Shown piece by piece: positions 1-9,462 of a DNA stretch of 37,298 bases. The translations under genes and the position numbers were made by a program. The DNA comes from a virus (lineage: Duplodnaviria; Caudoviricetes). Location of the stretch: positions 1 through 37,298 of IMG/VR virus record IMGVR_UViG_3300032332_000938, one strand, 5' to 3'. The stretch's first letter is position 1. Each line of letters begins with the position of its first letter. The notes under the pieces are model-generated. The model ran no database searches. It was not told the origin of the DNA and saw nothing but the letters and a program-made list of their open reading frames with translations.

Positions 1-330
1 GGTATGCCTGCTGATCAGGGTGGTATGCCTGCTGGTATGCCGATGACTGGTGGTATGGGTATGCAGATGTCTGGACAGTTTCCTTCTACTGATCCGATGT
101 CGATTGCTCAGTTTATTGCTGGGCTGTTTAAGCAGATGTCTGAGGCTGATCAGAATGCTTTGGAGATGCAGCAGCAGGCTGCGTTTGCTCAGGCTGATCC
201 GCTGATTCGTGCGATTCTTGGCGGCGAGGGTGAGCGTGGCATGATGGGTGCTGGTATGCCTGGTCAGATGCCTGCTGGTCAGGCGTATGGTGAGGGTGGC
301 CAGCCTGGTATGGCATTTGGTGAGGACTGA
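1..330 (+). CDS. Met/Gly/Pro/Gln-rich hypothetical protein upstream of the portal (5' part lies at the window end, 37240-37298)
   Basis: Open from base 1 with the same codon style as the late genes; the GMP-rich composition continues the ORF starting at ATG 37240; stop TGA overlaps the next ATG at 330. Confidence 0.75.
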   Translation, partial: GMPADQGGMPAGMPMTGGMGMQMSGQFPSTDPMSIAQFIAGLFKQMSEADQNALEMQQQAAFAQADPLIRAILGGEGERGMMGAGMPGQMPAGQAYGEGGQPGMAFGED

Positions 331-473
331 TGGCTTTGATTAAGAAGGCTCATAATCATTGGATTGTTCAGTCGAAGGATGGCACTAAGACGCTTGGTGT
401 TCATTCGACTAAGGCTGAGGCTTTGAAGCAGTTGGCTGCTGTGGAGATTTCGAAGAAGAAGCGTGGCGAGTAG
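330..473 (+). CDS. 47-aa small basic protein (MALIKKAHNHWIVQSKDGTKTLGVHSTKAEALKQLAAVEISKKKRGE)
   Basis: Below the ORF-track cutoff; fills the gap exactly with TGATG and TAGTG overlaps; resembles the small W-x-V...LG-x-H-x-T...A..Q domain often seen in phage head modules (recalled, not searched). Confidence 0.75.
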   Translation: MALIKKAHNHWIVQSKDGTKTLGVHSTKAEALKQLAAVEISKKKRGE

Positions 474-2221
474 TGTCTGCTAATAGTTCTTCTGGGCTGA
501 GTGATGATGCGTTGTTGAAGCAGGCGTTGAATCGTCTTGCTTCTTCTGAGCGTCATATGGATCCGATTGTGGAGCGGATTCGTCGTGCTCGTCTTGTTGC
601 GCTTGGTCGGTCGAATCCGAATTATAAGAAGTTGCGGGATCCTGATGATCCGACGTATTGGCGTTCTATGATTTTTCCTCCTATTGCTAATGAGCAGTGG
701 GAGTTGTTGAATGCTGAGATGACTGTGGATGATCCTCGGTTTGCGTGGACTCCTCGGGATCCTCGTCATTTGGATAATGCGCGTGTTGCTGAGCAGGCGT
801 TGGATTATTTTAATGATCGTGATCGGTTTGCTCGTAAGTTTCGGTTGGCGATGCGGGCTGTTGCTCGTGATGGTGGCCAGGTTGTTAAGACTGTTTGGTC
901 TGCTGATGATTACCATGATGGTGGTCGGCTGAAGTCGATTCTTTGTCGGATGGAGGATATTTTTCCTGATCCGACTGCGACTGATTTTGATGAGTGTTCG
1001 TTTGTGTTTCATCGTACTCGCGCGACGTTGGATGATTTGCGTGGTCGTACGGATGCTGATGGTAATCGTTTTTATTCGAATCTTGATTTGTTGGTAGATT
1101 CGGGTGGTGGCGATGATGGTGAGCAGAAGCGTGAGGGTGAGACTACTGAGCAGTTTGAGGCTCGGCGCACGGGTGTGCATACGTTGCATGAGATGTGGAC
1201 GATGTATGGTCGTGTGACGATTGCGAATAAGTCGGTGATTATTCGGCGTGATGAGTGGGATGATTGTCGTCCGTTGCCGTTTACGATGATTCGTATTATT
1301 GATGATGAGGATTGTATTGTCGGTGTTTCGCCGATGACGCTGATTGATGATATTCAGGAGGCGTATTGGAATCTTTTGAATGCGTTGATTGATGCTGTTA
1401 ATTTGGCTGTTGATCCTCCTATGCTGGTTGATATTGAGGAGGATCCGCGTGCTAAGGAGTATGTGGTGCGTCCTCGCGCTAAGATTCCGGCGCGTAATGG
1501 TGAGTCTACTGTTAAGGTTTTGCAGGATGTTGCGAGTCTTGATAAGTATAATGTTGTGAATTTGATGGGTGCGCTTCGTGAGTTGATGGAGCGTATTACT
1601 GGTATGAATTCGGCGATTGCTGGTGTTTCGTCGGCGAGTACGGCTACTGAGGCTGCGATTAATGTGCGGCAGGGTAAGGGTCGTTCGTCTGCGATGATGA
1701 GTGTTGCTGATGAGTGTTGGGCTCAGCTTGCTCAGAAGCAGTATGCGTTGGTGCAGCAGTTCGCTTCGGAGGATGTTCGCGGGTTGTTGTCGAATGGTGC
1801 TAGTGTGGAGTTTGTTCCTGAGCAGCTTGTTGATATGTTTATTACTCCTAAGCCTGCGTCTTCTGAGCGTACGTTAAAGGATTTGGAGCGTCAGGATGCG
1901 CAGGCTGCGTGGGATGCTGTGCTTGCTGCGGTTACTGATCCTGCTTCTCAGCTTCCTAAGGTGGATCCGTCGAGTGTTTTGCGCCGGTTGTTGGAGGCGT
2001 TTGGTATTGATGCTGATAGTGTGATTGTTGGTCCGTCTGGTGTGCAGCAGCCTGGTGGTATGGGGATGCTTTCTGCTGGTGCTCCGCAGGGTGGTGTTGC
2101 TCCGAGTGTTCCTGAGTTGCCTCCTGCTGCTCCTGCGCCTGGTATGGCTGAGGTTCCTCCTGGTATGCAGCCTGGGGCTCCTGATGTTGTTGGTCCACGG
2201 CCGGGGGCGTTCCTTGGATGA
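473..2221 (+). CDS. portal protein (P22/T7-like head-tail connector)
   Basis: 582 aa, located between terminase and scaffold/capsid; motifs IFPDP.A..FDEC.FVFHR, LPF, G.SPM..I.DIQ, N.LID, MERITG, TATEA; Gly/Pro/Met-rich tail. Confidence 0.9.
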   Translation: MSANSSSGLSDDALLKQALNRLASSERHMDPIVERIRRARLVALGRSNPNYKKLRDPDDPTYWRSMIFPPIANEQWELLNAEMTVDDPRFAWTPRDPRHLDNARVAEQALDYFNDRDRFARKFRLAMRAVARDGGQVVKTVWSADDYHDGGRLKSILCRMEDIFPDPTATDFDECSFVFHRTRATLDDLRGRTDADGNRFYSNLDLLVDSGGGDDGEQKREGETTEQFEARRTGVHTLHEMWTMYGRVTIANKSVIIRRDEWDDCRPLPFTMIRIIDDEDCIVGVSPMTLIDDIQEAYWNLLNALIDAVNLAVDPPMLVDIEEDPRAKEYVVRPRAKIPARNGESTVKVLQDVASLDKYNVVNLMGALRELMERITGMNSAIAGVSSASTATEAAINVRQGKGRSSAMMSVADECWAQLAQKQYALVQQFASEDVRGLLSNGASVEFVPEQLVDMFITPKPASSERTLKDLERQDAQAAWDAVLAAVTDPASQLPKVDPSSVLRRLLEAFGIDADSVIVGPSGVQQPGGMGMLSAGAPQGGVAPSVPELPPAAPAPGMAEVPPGMQPGAPDVVGPRPGAFLG

Positions 2222-2471
2222 GGAGTTGGAGCGGAGTCTCAGGGTCGAGCACGCCTACGTTAATGATCTTGTCCATTCGGTTTCGTTCCGATGGTTTCTT
2301 GGGAAGTTGGCGGAGCTTCAGGCGCGGGAGGCTCGGCGGGCTTTGAGTCGTGAGTGTGTGTCTCGCGAGTTTGATGCTGGTGTTGTTGATGGTGTTGTGA
2401 AAGCTATTAGGTTGATTGAGTTGGAATCTGATCGTATTACTGGGGAGATGCGTAAGTATGGGAACTCGTGA
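2214..2471 (+). CDS. small helical protein following the portal (85 aa)
   Basis: TTG start overlapping the portal end, within ORF 2025..2471; typical position for a small head-module protein. Confidence 0.6.
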   Translation: MDEELERSLRVEHAYVNDLVHSVSFRWFLGKLAELQAREARRALSRECVSREFDAGVVDGVVKAIRLIELESDRITGEMRKYGNS

Positions 2472-2742
2472 TATTAACGATCCTCGTTTTTTTGATGATC
2501 GTAATTTGGATAGTATTGGGGAGCCTGCTCGGTTTTCTGATTATGGTCCGGGGCCGAATGAAACTATTGAGTATGCGAAGGCGCAGTCTGCGTTTGTTCG
2601 TCAGGGGATGAGTGCTGTTCCACAGGTAGAGCCTGCGTCTTTTTATGAGCAGCCTGTTGCGCAGGGTTCGTCGGGTGATCCGGTTGATAAGATTGCTGAT
2701 CTTGTTCTTGAGCGAGTGATGCGTAAGTTGCAGGACTTGTAG
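2458..2742 (+). CDS. 94-aa protein, apparent mini-paralog of the scaffold
   Basis: ATG 2458 after GGGGAG; N-terminus DINDPRFFDDRNLDSIGEP matches scaffold DINDPGFLSDDNLNQIGEP. Confidence 0.75.
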   Translation: MGTRDINDPRFFDDRNLDSIGEPARFSDYGPGPNETIEYAKAQSAFVRQGMSAVPQVEPASFYEQPVAQGSSGDPVDKIADLVLERVMRKLQDL

Positions 2743-2758
2743 GACTTGGGGGGAATAT

Positions 2759-3886
2759 ATGAGTGATGACAAGTTGGATATTAATGATCCTGGGTTTTTG
2801 TCGGACGATAATTTGAATCAGATTGGGGAGCCTGATGAGAATGATTGGTTCACTGGTGGAGTTGCCGATTCGGGTGGTGGTGAATCAGCCGACGCCGTTG
2901 TTGACGGAGATGTTGGCGGTGGAGCGGGAGAGTCTGCTGATGGAGTCGGGGGTGTTGACGATTCGGGGCAGGACGAGAGATCGGTCGAAGATTCCGGGGT
3001 TGATGATTCCGAGTCAGACCCAGCTCCCCAGTTGAAGGATTTGTCTACGGCTAAGAAGTCGTATGCTGATCTTCGTGCTTGGGCTAATTTAACTAAGCAG
3101 GAGTTGGATCAGGTTAAGTCTGAGTTGGAGTCGTTGCGTAATTCGCAGTTGGCTTCTGATGATGATTTTTATGATGAGGATCAGTTCCAGTATTTAGCTG
3201 AGAATGCGCATCCTGCTGAGGCTTTTCAGTATGCGTTGGAGAATAATAGTCCTCAGGATGCTTTGCAGGCTATTGCTCGTGTTCAGGCTGATGCTGCTGA
3301 TATCGCTGCGCAGGTTGCTATTGCTCGGCAGGAGGGTGATGAACAGACTGCTGCGAATTTGTCTGCTGCTGCGGCTAATGCGTCTGCGCTTGCTGAGCAT
3401 CTTCGTAATCAGTTGTTTTTGGCGCAGCAGGAGCAGCAGCTTGCTCCTACTCGTCAGCGTGAGATGATGAATGATATGGCGGCTGCGTCTGCTCGGGTGC
3501 GGGCTAAGCATCCTGATGCTGTTCAGTTGGCTGATTCTATTGGTCGTATTGTGAATGATTTCCCTCAGATCCTTGGTGATGGTTCGCCTATGGCTATTGA
3601 GGCTGGTATGGAGAGGGCGTTGTTTATGGCTCGTGGTCAGGCTTCGGCTCAGCAGGGTGTGAATATTGATGAGTTGGTTGCGCAGAAGGTCGCTGAGGCT
3701 CTTGGTGAGTCTCGTAAGGTGAAGCGGTCTTCGGCGAGTGCTGCTATGGGTGAGGATTCCGGTCGGGCTTCTTCTGCTAATCAGAAGCGTTCTTCTGAAG
3801 AGGATCTTGTTCGTGAGGCGATGGGTCTTGGGGATAAGGGTGGCGCGATTGGTTTTAAGGGTTTCTGGAATTTGAATAATTCTTGA
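2759..3886 (+). CDS. capsid scaffolding protein
   Basis: Acidic disordered N-terminus, coiled-coil (KSYADLRAWAN..KQEL), helical body, immediately upstream of the capsid gene. Confidence 0.75.
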   Translation: MSDDKLDINDPGFLSDDNLNQIGEPDENDWFTGGVADSGGGESADAVVDGDVGGGAGESADGVGGVDDSGQDERSVEDSGVDDSESDPAPQLKDLSTAKKSYADLRAWANLTKQELDQVKSELESLRNSQLASDDDFYDEDQFQYLAENAHPAEAFQYALENNSPQDALQAIARVQADAADIAAQVAIARQEGDEQTAANLSAAAANASALAEHLRNQLFLAQQEQQLAPTRQREMMNDMAAASARVRAKHPDAVQLADSIGRIVNDFPQILGDGSPMAIEAGMERALFMARGQASAQQGVNIDELVAQKVAEALGESRKVKRSSASAAMGEDSGRASSANQKRSSEEDLVREAMGLGDKGGAIGFKGFWNLNNS

Positions 3887-3921
3887 CCCTTTGTGGGTAT
3901 AATTGTGTTGAGTTAGTTTTT

Positions 3922-4003
3922 GGTGGACCCGCAAGGCAATCCGCTTTGTTAGTTTTGTACCGGGCTTAGTCCTGAAGCAGACCCCTTTTGGGCAATCTGG
4001 GTA
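3922..4003 (+). ncRNA. structured leader of the capsid gene with two hairpins sharing an identical asymmetric internal loop (C-loop-like)
   Basis: GGTGGA-C-CC-GCAA-GG-CAA-TCCGCT (3922-3945) and CAGA-C-CCC-TTTT-GGG-CAA-TCTG (3978-3999). Confidence 0.55.
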
Positions 4004-4054
4004 GCGCATCTTGTGTGCGTATTTTGTTTTGTCTATTTTTGATTGGAGTCTGTA

Positions 4055-5224
4055 ATGGCGGATCGTACCCCTACAGTGGCTTCTGGTGCTCGCACCACGG
4101 TTGCTGGTATTGTTTCTACTCGCTTGAAGGTCGATATGGGCGACCTGTTTAAGTGGGAATCACAGGGCGCTGCTCTGTACACTTCGGTTGCTCTTCTTGG
4201 TAAAGAACGTGCTATCGCTAAGACTGTTAGCTGGCACACTTCCGAGCTTCGACCGAAGTTCGCGCGTATCAACGCTGGTATTACGAACGGTCTTACTGAC
4301 CTTACGTTCACGGTTGATAGCCCGATGGGTAACTATGTTAAGCCTGGTTTCCTTATTCAGTTCACGCGAACTGGTGAAACTTGTCTGACTACTACTGGCG
4401 GTTCGGCTACGACTATTGTTGTGACTGCGCGCTCGTGGGGCCCGGTGGCTGCTGCTACGATTGTTGATAACGACGAAATTCTGATTATTGGTCCGGCTTA
4501 TGCTGAGTCTGCTTCGCTGCAGTCTGCTATTAGCGTGACTGAAACTCAGTACTCGAACTATCTGCATACCATGCGACACAACTGGAATGTTGGTGGTCTG
4601 CTGATGGAGCTGTCTAAAAATGGCGGCACGTATAACGGTGATGAGGCTGCGCTGCAGCGCAAGGATATTCTGGCTACGCATAAGCGTGACATTAACCTTG
4701 CGATGCTGTTCTCGGAGGGTGCTACCAGTGGTGGCACAGCTACGATGGCTGGTCTGATTCCGTTCGTTAATACGAACGCTCCGGGCAATGTTAATACTGC
4801 GACTGTGCTGACTGAACCTGTTTTTGAGGCTGGTAATAAGCAGTGGTTCCGTGGTGGCGAGTCTAGCCAGCGTGTTCTGGTTTGTAGCCGCAACTTCCAT
4901 GCTATTGCTTCTGGCTTTCCGAAGGCTCAGATTCGCACTTCAACGGGTGACACTAAGTACGGACTGCGCATGGAGGATTATATTTCTGCGCATGGTGATG
5001 TGAAGCTTGTTCGCGAAATTGCTCTTGAGGGTGATGAGTACGATAAGTATGCTGTCGGCTTCGATCCTACGATGGTTAAGATGAAGTATGCTCGTGATAC
5101 TCGTCTGATCAAAGATCGTCAGGGTGTATCCGAGGACGGGTATGAAGAGGAAGTGCTTACAGACTTCAGCGCGGTGTGGGGCCACGCGGAGACTTGCTAC
5201 CTCTGGACTGATGTAGCCGCTTAA
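4055..5224 (+). CDS. major capsid protein (HK97 fold, SU10/DUF5309-like)
   Basis: 389 aa, GGAG RBS; motifs W....L, N...Q/T, HKRDINLAMLF, M.GL, YISAHG.VKLV; more C-ending codons, as in a highly expressed gene; followed by a strong hairpin. Confidence 0.88.
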   Translation: MADRTPTVASGARTTVAGIVSTRLKVDMGDLFKWESQGAALYTSVALLGKERAIAKTVSWHTSELRPKFARINAGITNGLTDLTFTVDSPMGNYVKPGFLIQFTRTGETCLTTTGGSATTIVVTARSWGPVAAATIVDNDEILIIGPAYAESASLQSAISVTETQYSNYLHTMRHNWNVGGLLMELSKNGGTYNGDEAALQRKDILATHKRDINLAMLFSEGATSGGTATMAGLIPFVNTNAPGNVNTATVLTEPVFEAGNKQWFRGGESSQRVLVCSRNFHAIASGFPKAQIRTSTGDTKYGLRMEDYISAHGDVKLVREIALEGDEYDKYAVGFDPTMVKMKYARDTRLIKDRQGVSEDGYEEEVLTDFSAVWGHAETCYLWTDVAA

Positions 5225-5229
5225 TAGAA

Positions 5230-5269
5230 TGCCGCCCCCCTGCTCCCCAGGTCGGGGGGGCGGCAGTTT
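5230..5269 (+). terminator. GC-rich hairpin/terminator after the capsid gene
   Basis: TGCCGCCCCCC (5230-5240) pairs with GGGGGGCGGCA (5255-5265); only a short T run follows. Confidence 0.7.
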
Positions 5270-5287
5270 ACCTGGGAGGAATAAGTT

Positions 5288-5875
5288 ATGGCAAAGGCAG
5301 TTTCTAAGCCGAAGAGTAATATCCTTGATAAGGCCACTGAGCAGGTTAAGGGTAAGTTTGTTTTTGTGAAGTCTCGTCGTGGTGGGACTATGCCGTTGGA
5401 GTGGCCTCGTGTTGATCCGAAGTATGATCGGCGTGCGATTGATTTCGAGGTTAAGGATCGTGACGGTAATGTGATTGAGCGTGTGGAGTACCGCAAGCTT
5501 GAGTTTGGTCACGAGGGTCTTGCTAAGTTGAATCTTGCTGATCCTGATGATTTCGAGTTTTTTGAAATGGTGAAAGACTGGTACGAGAATAGCAATGATA
5601 AGCGTATTGCTAAGTACCAGGTTGAGATTATTGAGAATGGTAATGTTGAGCCTCCGCCGTTCCCTCGTTATGAGAATATGAAGGCTAGTGTTGTTGCTGA
5701 TATGATTGCTAACTTTATGGGCGAGGATGCTGCTGAGAATGAGCAGTTCTTGTTGAAGTGTGCTCGTTACGAGTTGCAGATGAAAGAACCGCGTGCTTCT
5801 GTACTGGATGCTATTGAGTATCTTGGTGTGGATGCTGGTGATGAGTCTGGTGATGGAGAGGTTATTGAGGCATGA
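5288..5875 (+). CDS. hypothetical protein (post-capsid)
   Basis: 195 aa, GGAGG RBS, late-gene codon usage; C-terminal YE....PR..VL.AI resembles short head-accessory domains. Confidence 0.8.
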   Translation: MAKAVSKPKSNILDKATEQVKGKFVFVKSRRGGTMPLEWPRVDPKYDRRAIDFEVKDRDGNVIERVEYRKLEFGHEGLAKLNLADPDDFEFFEMVKDWYENSNDKRIAKYQVEIIENGNVEPPPFPRYENMKASVVADMIANFMGEDAAENEQFLLKCARYELQMKEPRASVLDAIEYLGVDAGDESGDGEVIEA

Positions 5876-6372
5876 GTTTCAATACCTTCAGGATGGATCC
5901 GTATGAGAAGTGGAGGCGTGAGGAGCTTGAAGCTAGAGAGTTCCGTAACGCTGAATACTTAGCTCGTAAGGATCGTGAGACTCTTAATGATGATCATACT
6001 CCTGAGGTGATTCAGCCTGGTGATCTTGATCATGTGTCTCAAATGACTTTTGATTTTTCTCAGGGCTGGGAGGATCGTGCGTATGCTCGTCTTCGCCGTT
6101 TTCGGGAGTCTGGTTATTTGAAGCCGCGTCAGATTATTGATCATGGTGATCATTTGGAGCCGGTGTACGAGTCTGAGATTGATTTGGAACCGTTCCAGAA
6201 TGCGGATGCTTGTGTTCGTTGTCGGAACTTTCAACCTGATAATGATATGGAGCGTTCTCAGCTTCATCGTAGGCTTTCTGATCAGACTGGGTATGTTATA
6301 CCTGAAGGATTAACTATTCGTGACTGCTGCTGTTATTGTGGTGGCCGTCTTGATACACAAAAAGTTGCTTAA
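5872..6372 (+). CDS. hypothetical protein with putative Zn-binding Cys pairs
   Basis: ATGA overlap; CVRC and CCCYC motifs. Confidence 0.75.
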   Translation: MSFNTFRMDPYEKWRREELEAREFRNAEYLARKDRETLNDDHTPEVIQPGDLDHVSQMTFDFSQGWEDRAYARLRRFRESGYLKPRQIIDHGDHLEPVYESEIDLEPFQNADACVRCRNFQPDNDMERSQLHRRLSDQTGYVIPEGLTIRDCCCYCGGRLDTQKVA

Positions 6373-6384
6373 AGAGAGGGTACT

Positions 6385-7017
6385 ATGGCAGTTCGTGATA
6401 ATGCGTCGGCTACAGAACTGGGCCGGTTTCTAAGTCTTGTTGATACGGTTGATGCGAGTGTTTCGAAGCTGGACGCTTCGAAGCCTATTGTTCGTTCTTA
6501 CCGAGAACTGTTCGCTGAGCAGCTTCCGTTTGATCATGTTTCTGAGATTGAACTTAACTCGCTAGTGATTGCTGAAGGTGGCGCTGCTGCTAAGGCGTTT
6601 GGTCAGAAGATCGCTACGTTCCCACTGGGCTTGATTCGTCCTATGGGCGCTGAGATTGCTTTCACTATTAAGACTGCTGCTACGACTGCTACTGCTGGTG
6701 AGATTGGTCTTGGTACTGTGATTGGTAGTGGTGCTAACGCTACGCTTGGTGCTGTTGGTGCTACTTCTGAGAACATTATGGAAGGTACGACACTGGCGAA
6801 TATCACTTCGACAACTACTTCATACTTCCGGTATAACGATCCGATTATTGCTGGTACGCATGCTGCTACTGCTGGTAGCGGTGCGATCATTAACGGTTCC
6901 GCAACGGCTGCTCCTATTTATCTGAATATTTGTTCTACTTGGGGCGCTGCGGAAAATCTTACGCTTTCTGATGTGCGTATTCGTATTCACTGGAAGTACA
7001 TCGGTAAGGGTGCCTGA
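6385..7017 (+). CDS. virion structural protein (possible head decoration)
   Basis: 210 aa, Ala/Thr/Gly-rich beta-type, GAGGG RBS, within the structural operon. Confidence 0.7.
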   Translation: MAVRDNASATELGRFLSLVDTVDASVSKLDASKPIVRSYRELFAEQLPFDHVSEIELNSLVIAEGGAAAKAFGQKIATFPLGLIRPMGAEIAFTIKTAATTATAGEIGLGTVIGSGANATLGAVGATSENIMEGTTLANITSTTTSYFRYNDPIIAGTHAATAGSGAIINGSATAAPIYLNICSTWGAAENLTLSDVRIRIHWKYIGKGA

Positions 7018-7343
7018 TGCCTGATCGTTTTGGTCTTCTTGATCCTGTTACTAACCTGAACGCGGTTGTTGCGACTGGTGCTGGTGCTGCGATTGATGCT
7101 CGTCGTAGTACTGGTAGTACTTGGCAGATTGTTGCTACTGGTGTAACTACTGGTGGCACGGTTAAGGTGCAGGGCAGTGTTGATAACCTTAGTTGGTATG
7201 ACATTAATACTGTTGCTGTGAGTGCTACTGGTAATCAGAAGTCGCTTGTTGACGAACCACACCCATATTTGCGTGCGAATGTTAGTGCTCGTACTGATGG
7301 TACGTACACTGTTAAGTGCGCTTTGTGGGAAGGTCCGAGGTAA
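7017..7343 (+). CDS. small beta-sandwich virion protein
   Basis: 108 aa with TVKVQGS.D...W and YLR.NV pattern; TGATG overlap. Confidence 0.7.
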   Translation: MPDRFGLLDPVTNLNAVVATGAGAAIDARRSTGSTWQIVATGVTTGGTVKVQGSVDNLSWYDINTVAVSATGNQKSLVDEPHPYLRANVSARTDGTYTVKCALWEGPR

Positions 7344-7346
7344 GAT

Positions 7347-8978
7347 GTGGCAGATTCGTTTGTTCAAATACCGAAGGACGATGGTTCCGACGATGTAAAG
7401 GTTCGCCTTACCGATAATGGTGATGGCACTTTTAGTGTCGCTACGTCGGGTGGCGGTGGCGGAGCAGCAAGCTCCGTCACCGTCACCAATAGTTCTGGTG
7501 CGAGTGCTGTTAATATCCAGGACGGTGGTAATAGTATTACCGTTGATGGTATTGATTTCGATATTCGGAATCTTACGGCGTTGACTGATACTGTTGATCT
7601 TGGTGTTCAGCAGGATATTTTTGGTCACATTGAGGTTGTGCAACCGTATAATCAGGTTGAGATGCGGTTTGATGCGGCTGATTATGCGTCGTATATTAAT
7701 CAGGCTACGGTTACTACGGGTACGATTACGCAGTCTGGGGGCTTGGTTTCTCTTGCTACTGGTACGTCTACGACTGGTAGTGCTATAGTTTCGTCGATTG
7801 ATTCGATTGAGTACCGTCCTGGTATTGGTATTTTTGCTGCTGGTACGGCTGTGTTCACTACGGGTGTAGCGGGTAGTGTGCAGCGTGTTGGTTTCTCTAG
7901 TGATACGAGTTTTACGAATAGTGTGACGTTTGGTTATGAGGGAACGTCTTTTGGTATTCGTTATTCGCGTGGCGGTTCGCAGATCGCGTTTGTTCCACAA
8001 TCATCTTGGACTGATCCGTGTGATGGTATAGCAGCGAATACGCTATTTACTCGTGGTGGTGTTAAAGAAGCGTTGAATCCTACTAAAGGTAATCTTTATC
8101 GGATTCTTGCTGGGCTGTTTGGGTTCGCTGGGTTTATTTGTCAGGTGTGGTCGCCTGATAATGGTTGGATTACGGTGTATACGTATCAGCATATTAATGC
8201 TAATACGGATCCTGTTTTTACAAGTAACTCGTTAAAGGTTGTGCTTGCGTCTACTAAGACCAGTGGTGCTACGAGTTTGACGATGAATTCTCAGTGTTGG
8301 GCTGGTGGTACTGGTAGTGCGCTTGAGCGTATCGGTGCGACGCTTACTGATCGTAAGTTGGCGCAGATTGTTCGTAGTGTTCTTGCGGCTAAGAAGCCGG
8401 GTGGTAATTATACGAATATTGATGCTACTGCTGGTGGTAATCTAAAGGTTAGTATTGAGGAGTCTGATCCTACGGCTACTCTTAAAGTTGTTGGTGATGT
8501 TGCTTCTGATGCGGTTGATTCTGGTGATCCCGTTAAGGTTGGTGCTAAGGCTACTACGCAGCTTCATGCTATTACGACAGTTGCTGATGCTGATCGTACG
8601 AATATTCATGCTGGGGTTGATGGGGTTCAGATTGTACGCGAGCATTCTAATCTTGAAAGTATGGCATCTGGAACGATGTCGAATACTGATGGTGCGAGCA
8701 CAGCGATGACTGGGTTTGGTGCTGCTGGTGCTGGTGTTAAGTGGTATATCACTGATGTAATTATGAGTAATAGTAGTGCGACGAATGTTACGGTTGATCT
8801 TCGTGACGGGACGGCTGGTAGTGTGAAAGCTACGTTCCCGGTGCCTGCTGGTGGCGGTGTGGTTCATCGTTTTGCGGTGCCGATTGGTTTTAGTGCGAAT
8901 ACGGCTGTTGCTGTGGATGCGCTTACGCCGGTTACGACACTTAATGTTACGTTGTGCGGGTTTAAGTCTAAAGTCTAG
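7347..8978 (+). CDS. virion fibre/accessory structural protein
   Basis: 543 aa, Thr/Gly/Ser-rich, modular (V.I.DGGNSITVDG; lectin-like middle; GDVASDAVDSGDPVKVG; C-terminal beta domain). Confidence 0.7.
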   Translation: MADSFVQIPKDDGSDDVKVRLTDNGDGTFSVATSGGGGGAASSVTVTNSSGASAVNIQDGGNSITVDGIDFDIRNLTALTDTVDLGVQQDIFGHIEVVQPYNQVEMRFDAADYASYINQATVTTGTITQSGGLVSLATGTSTTGSAIVSSIDSIEYRPGIGIFAAGTAVFTTGVAGSVQRVGFSSDTSFTNSVTFGYEGTSFGIRYSRGGSQIAFVPQSSWTDPCDGIAANTLFTRGGVKEALNPTKGNLYRILAGLFGFAGFICQVWSPDNGWITVYTYQHINANTDPVFTSNSLKVVLASTKTSGATSLTMNSQCWAGGTGSALERIGATLTDRKLAQIVRSVLAAKKPGGNYTNIDATAGGNLKVSIEESDPTATLKVVGDVASDAVDSGDPVKVGAKATTQLHAITTVADADRTNIHAGVDGVQIVREHSNLESMASGTMSNTDGASTAMTGFGAAGAGVKWYITDVIMSNSSATNVTVDLRDGTAGSVKATFPVPAGGGVVHRFAVPIGFSANTAVAVDALTPVTTLNVTLCGFKSKV

Positions 8979-8992
8979 TAAGGGGTTTTAGT

Positions 8993-9460
8993 GTGGCTGA
9001 TTTTGTTTTTAATGTTGGCTTGGGTCGTGTAGTTGAGTATTGCAATAGGATTAATACTAATGATCCTACTAACTCGGCGCTGGTACTTGTTGTTATTGAC
9101 GCAAACGGAGCGTCAGATGCGACAATGAAAGACTTCGCTACGCTCGCTGATCTTCTCGCGGCGCTTCCTAATGAAGTTACGAATACGGGTTATTCTCGTA
9201 AAGTGCTTCCTGATGGTGCGAACACTATTACGATTACGAACGCTTCGGATAAGGTGGAAGTTGATTTTGCTGATCAGACGTGGACGGCGGTGGGTGCTGG
9301 TACAGCATGGACGGATCTTGTGATTTGTTACGATGCTGATACTACGACTGGTACTGATACGAATATCATTCCGCTTACGTCACACGATTTTGCGGTGACG
9401 CCAAATGGCGGTGATATCACATTCCAGGTCAACGCAAGCGGCTTCTTCCGAGCTACCTGA
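8993..9460 (+). CDS. virion structural protein
   Basis: 155 aa; EV...GY.RK, DFAD..W, TPNGGDITF...SG.F pattern typical of phage tail/accessory proteins. Confidence 0.7.
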   Translation: MADFVFNVGLGRVVEYCNRINTNDPTNSALVLVVIDANGASDATMKDFATLADLLAALPNEVTNTGYSRKVLPDGANTITITNASDKVEVDFADQTWTAVGAGTAWTDLVICYDADTTTGTDTNIIPLTSHDFAVTPNGGDITFQVNASGFFRAT

Positions 9461-9462
9461 TT

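Noticed and set aside
5190-5290. Capsid C-terminal extension by frameshift or readthrough
   Set aside because: Tandem TAA TAG stops and no slippery heptamer seen.
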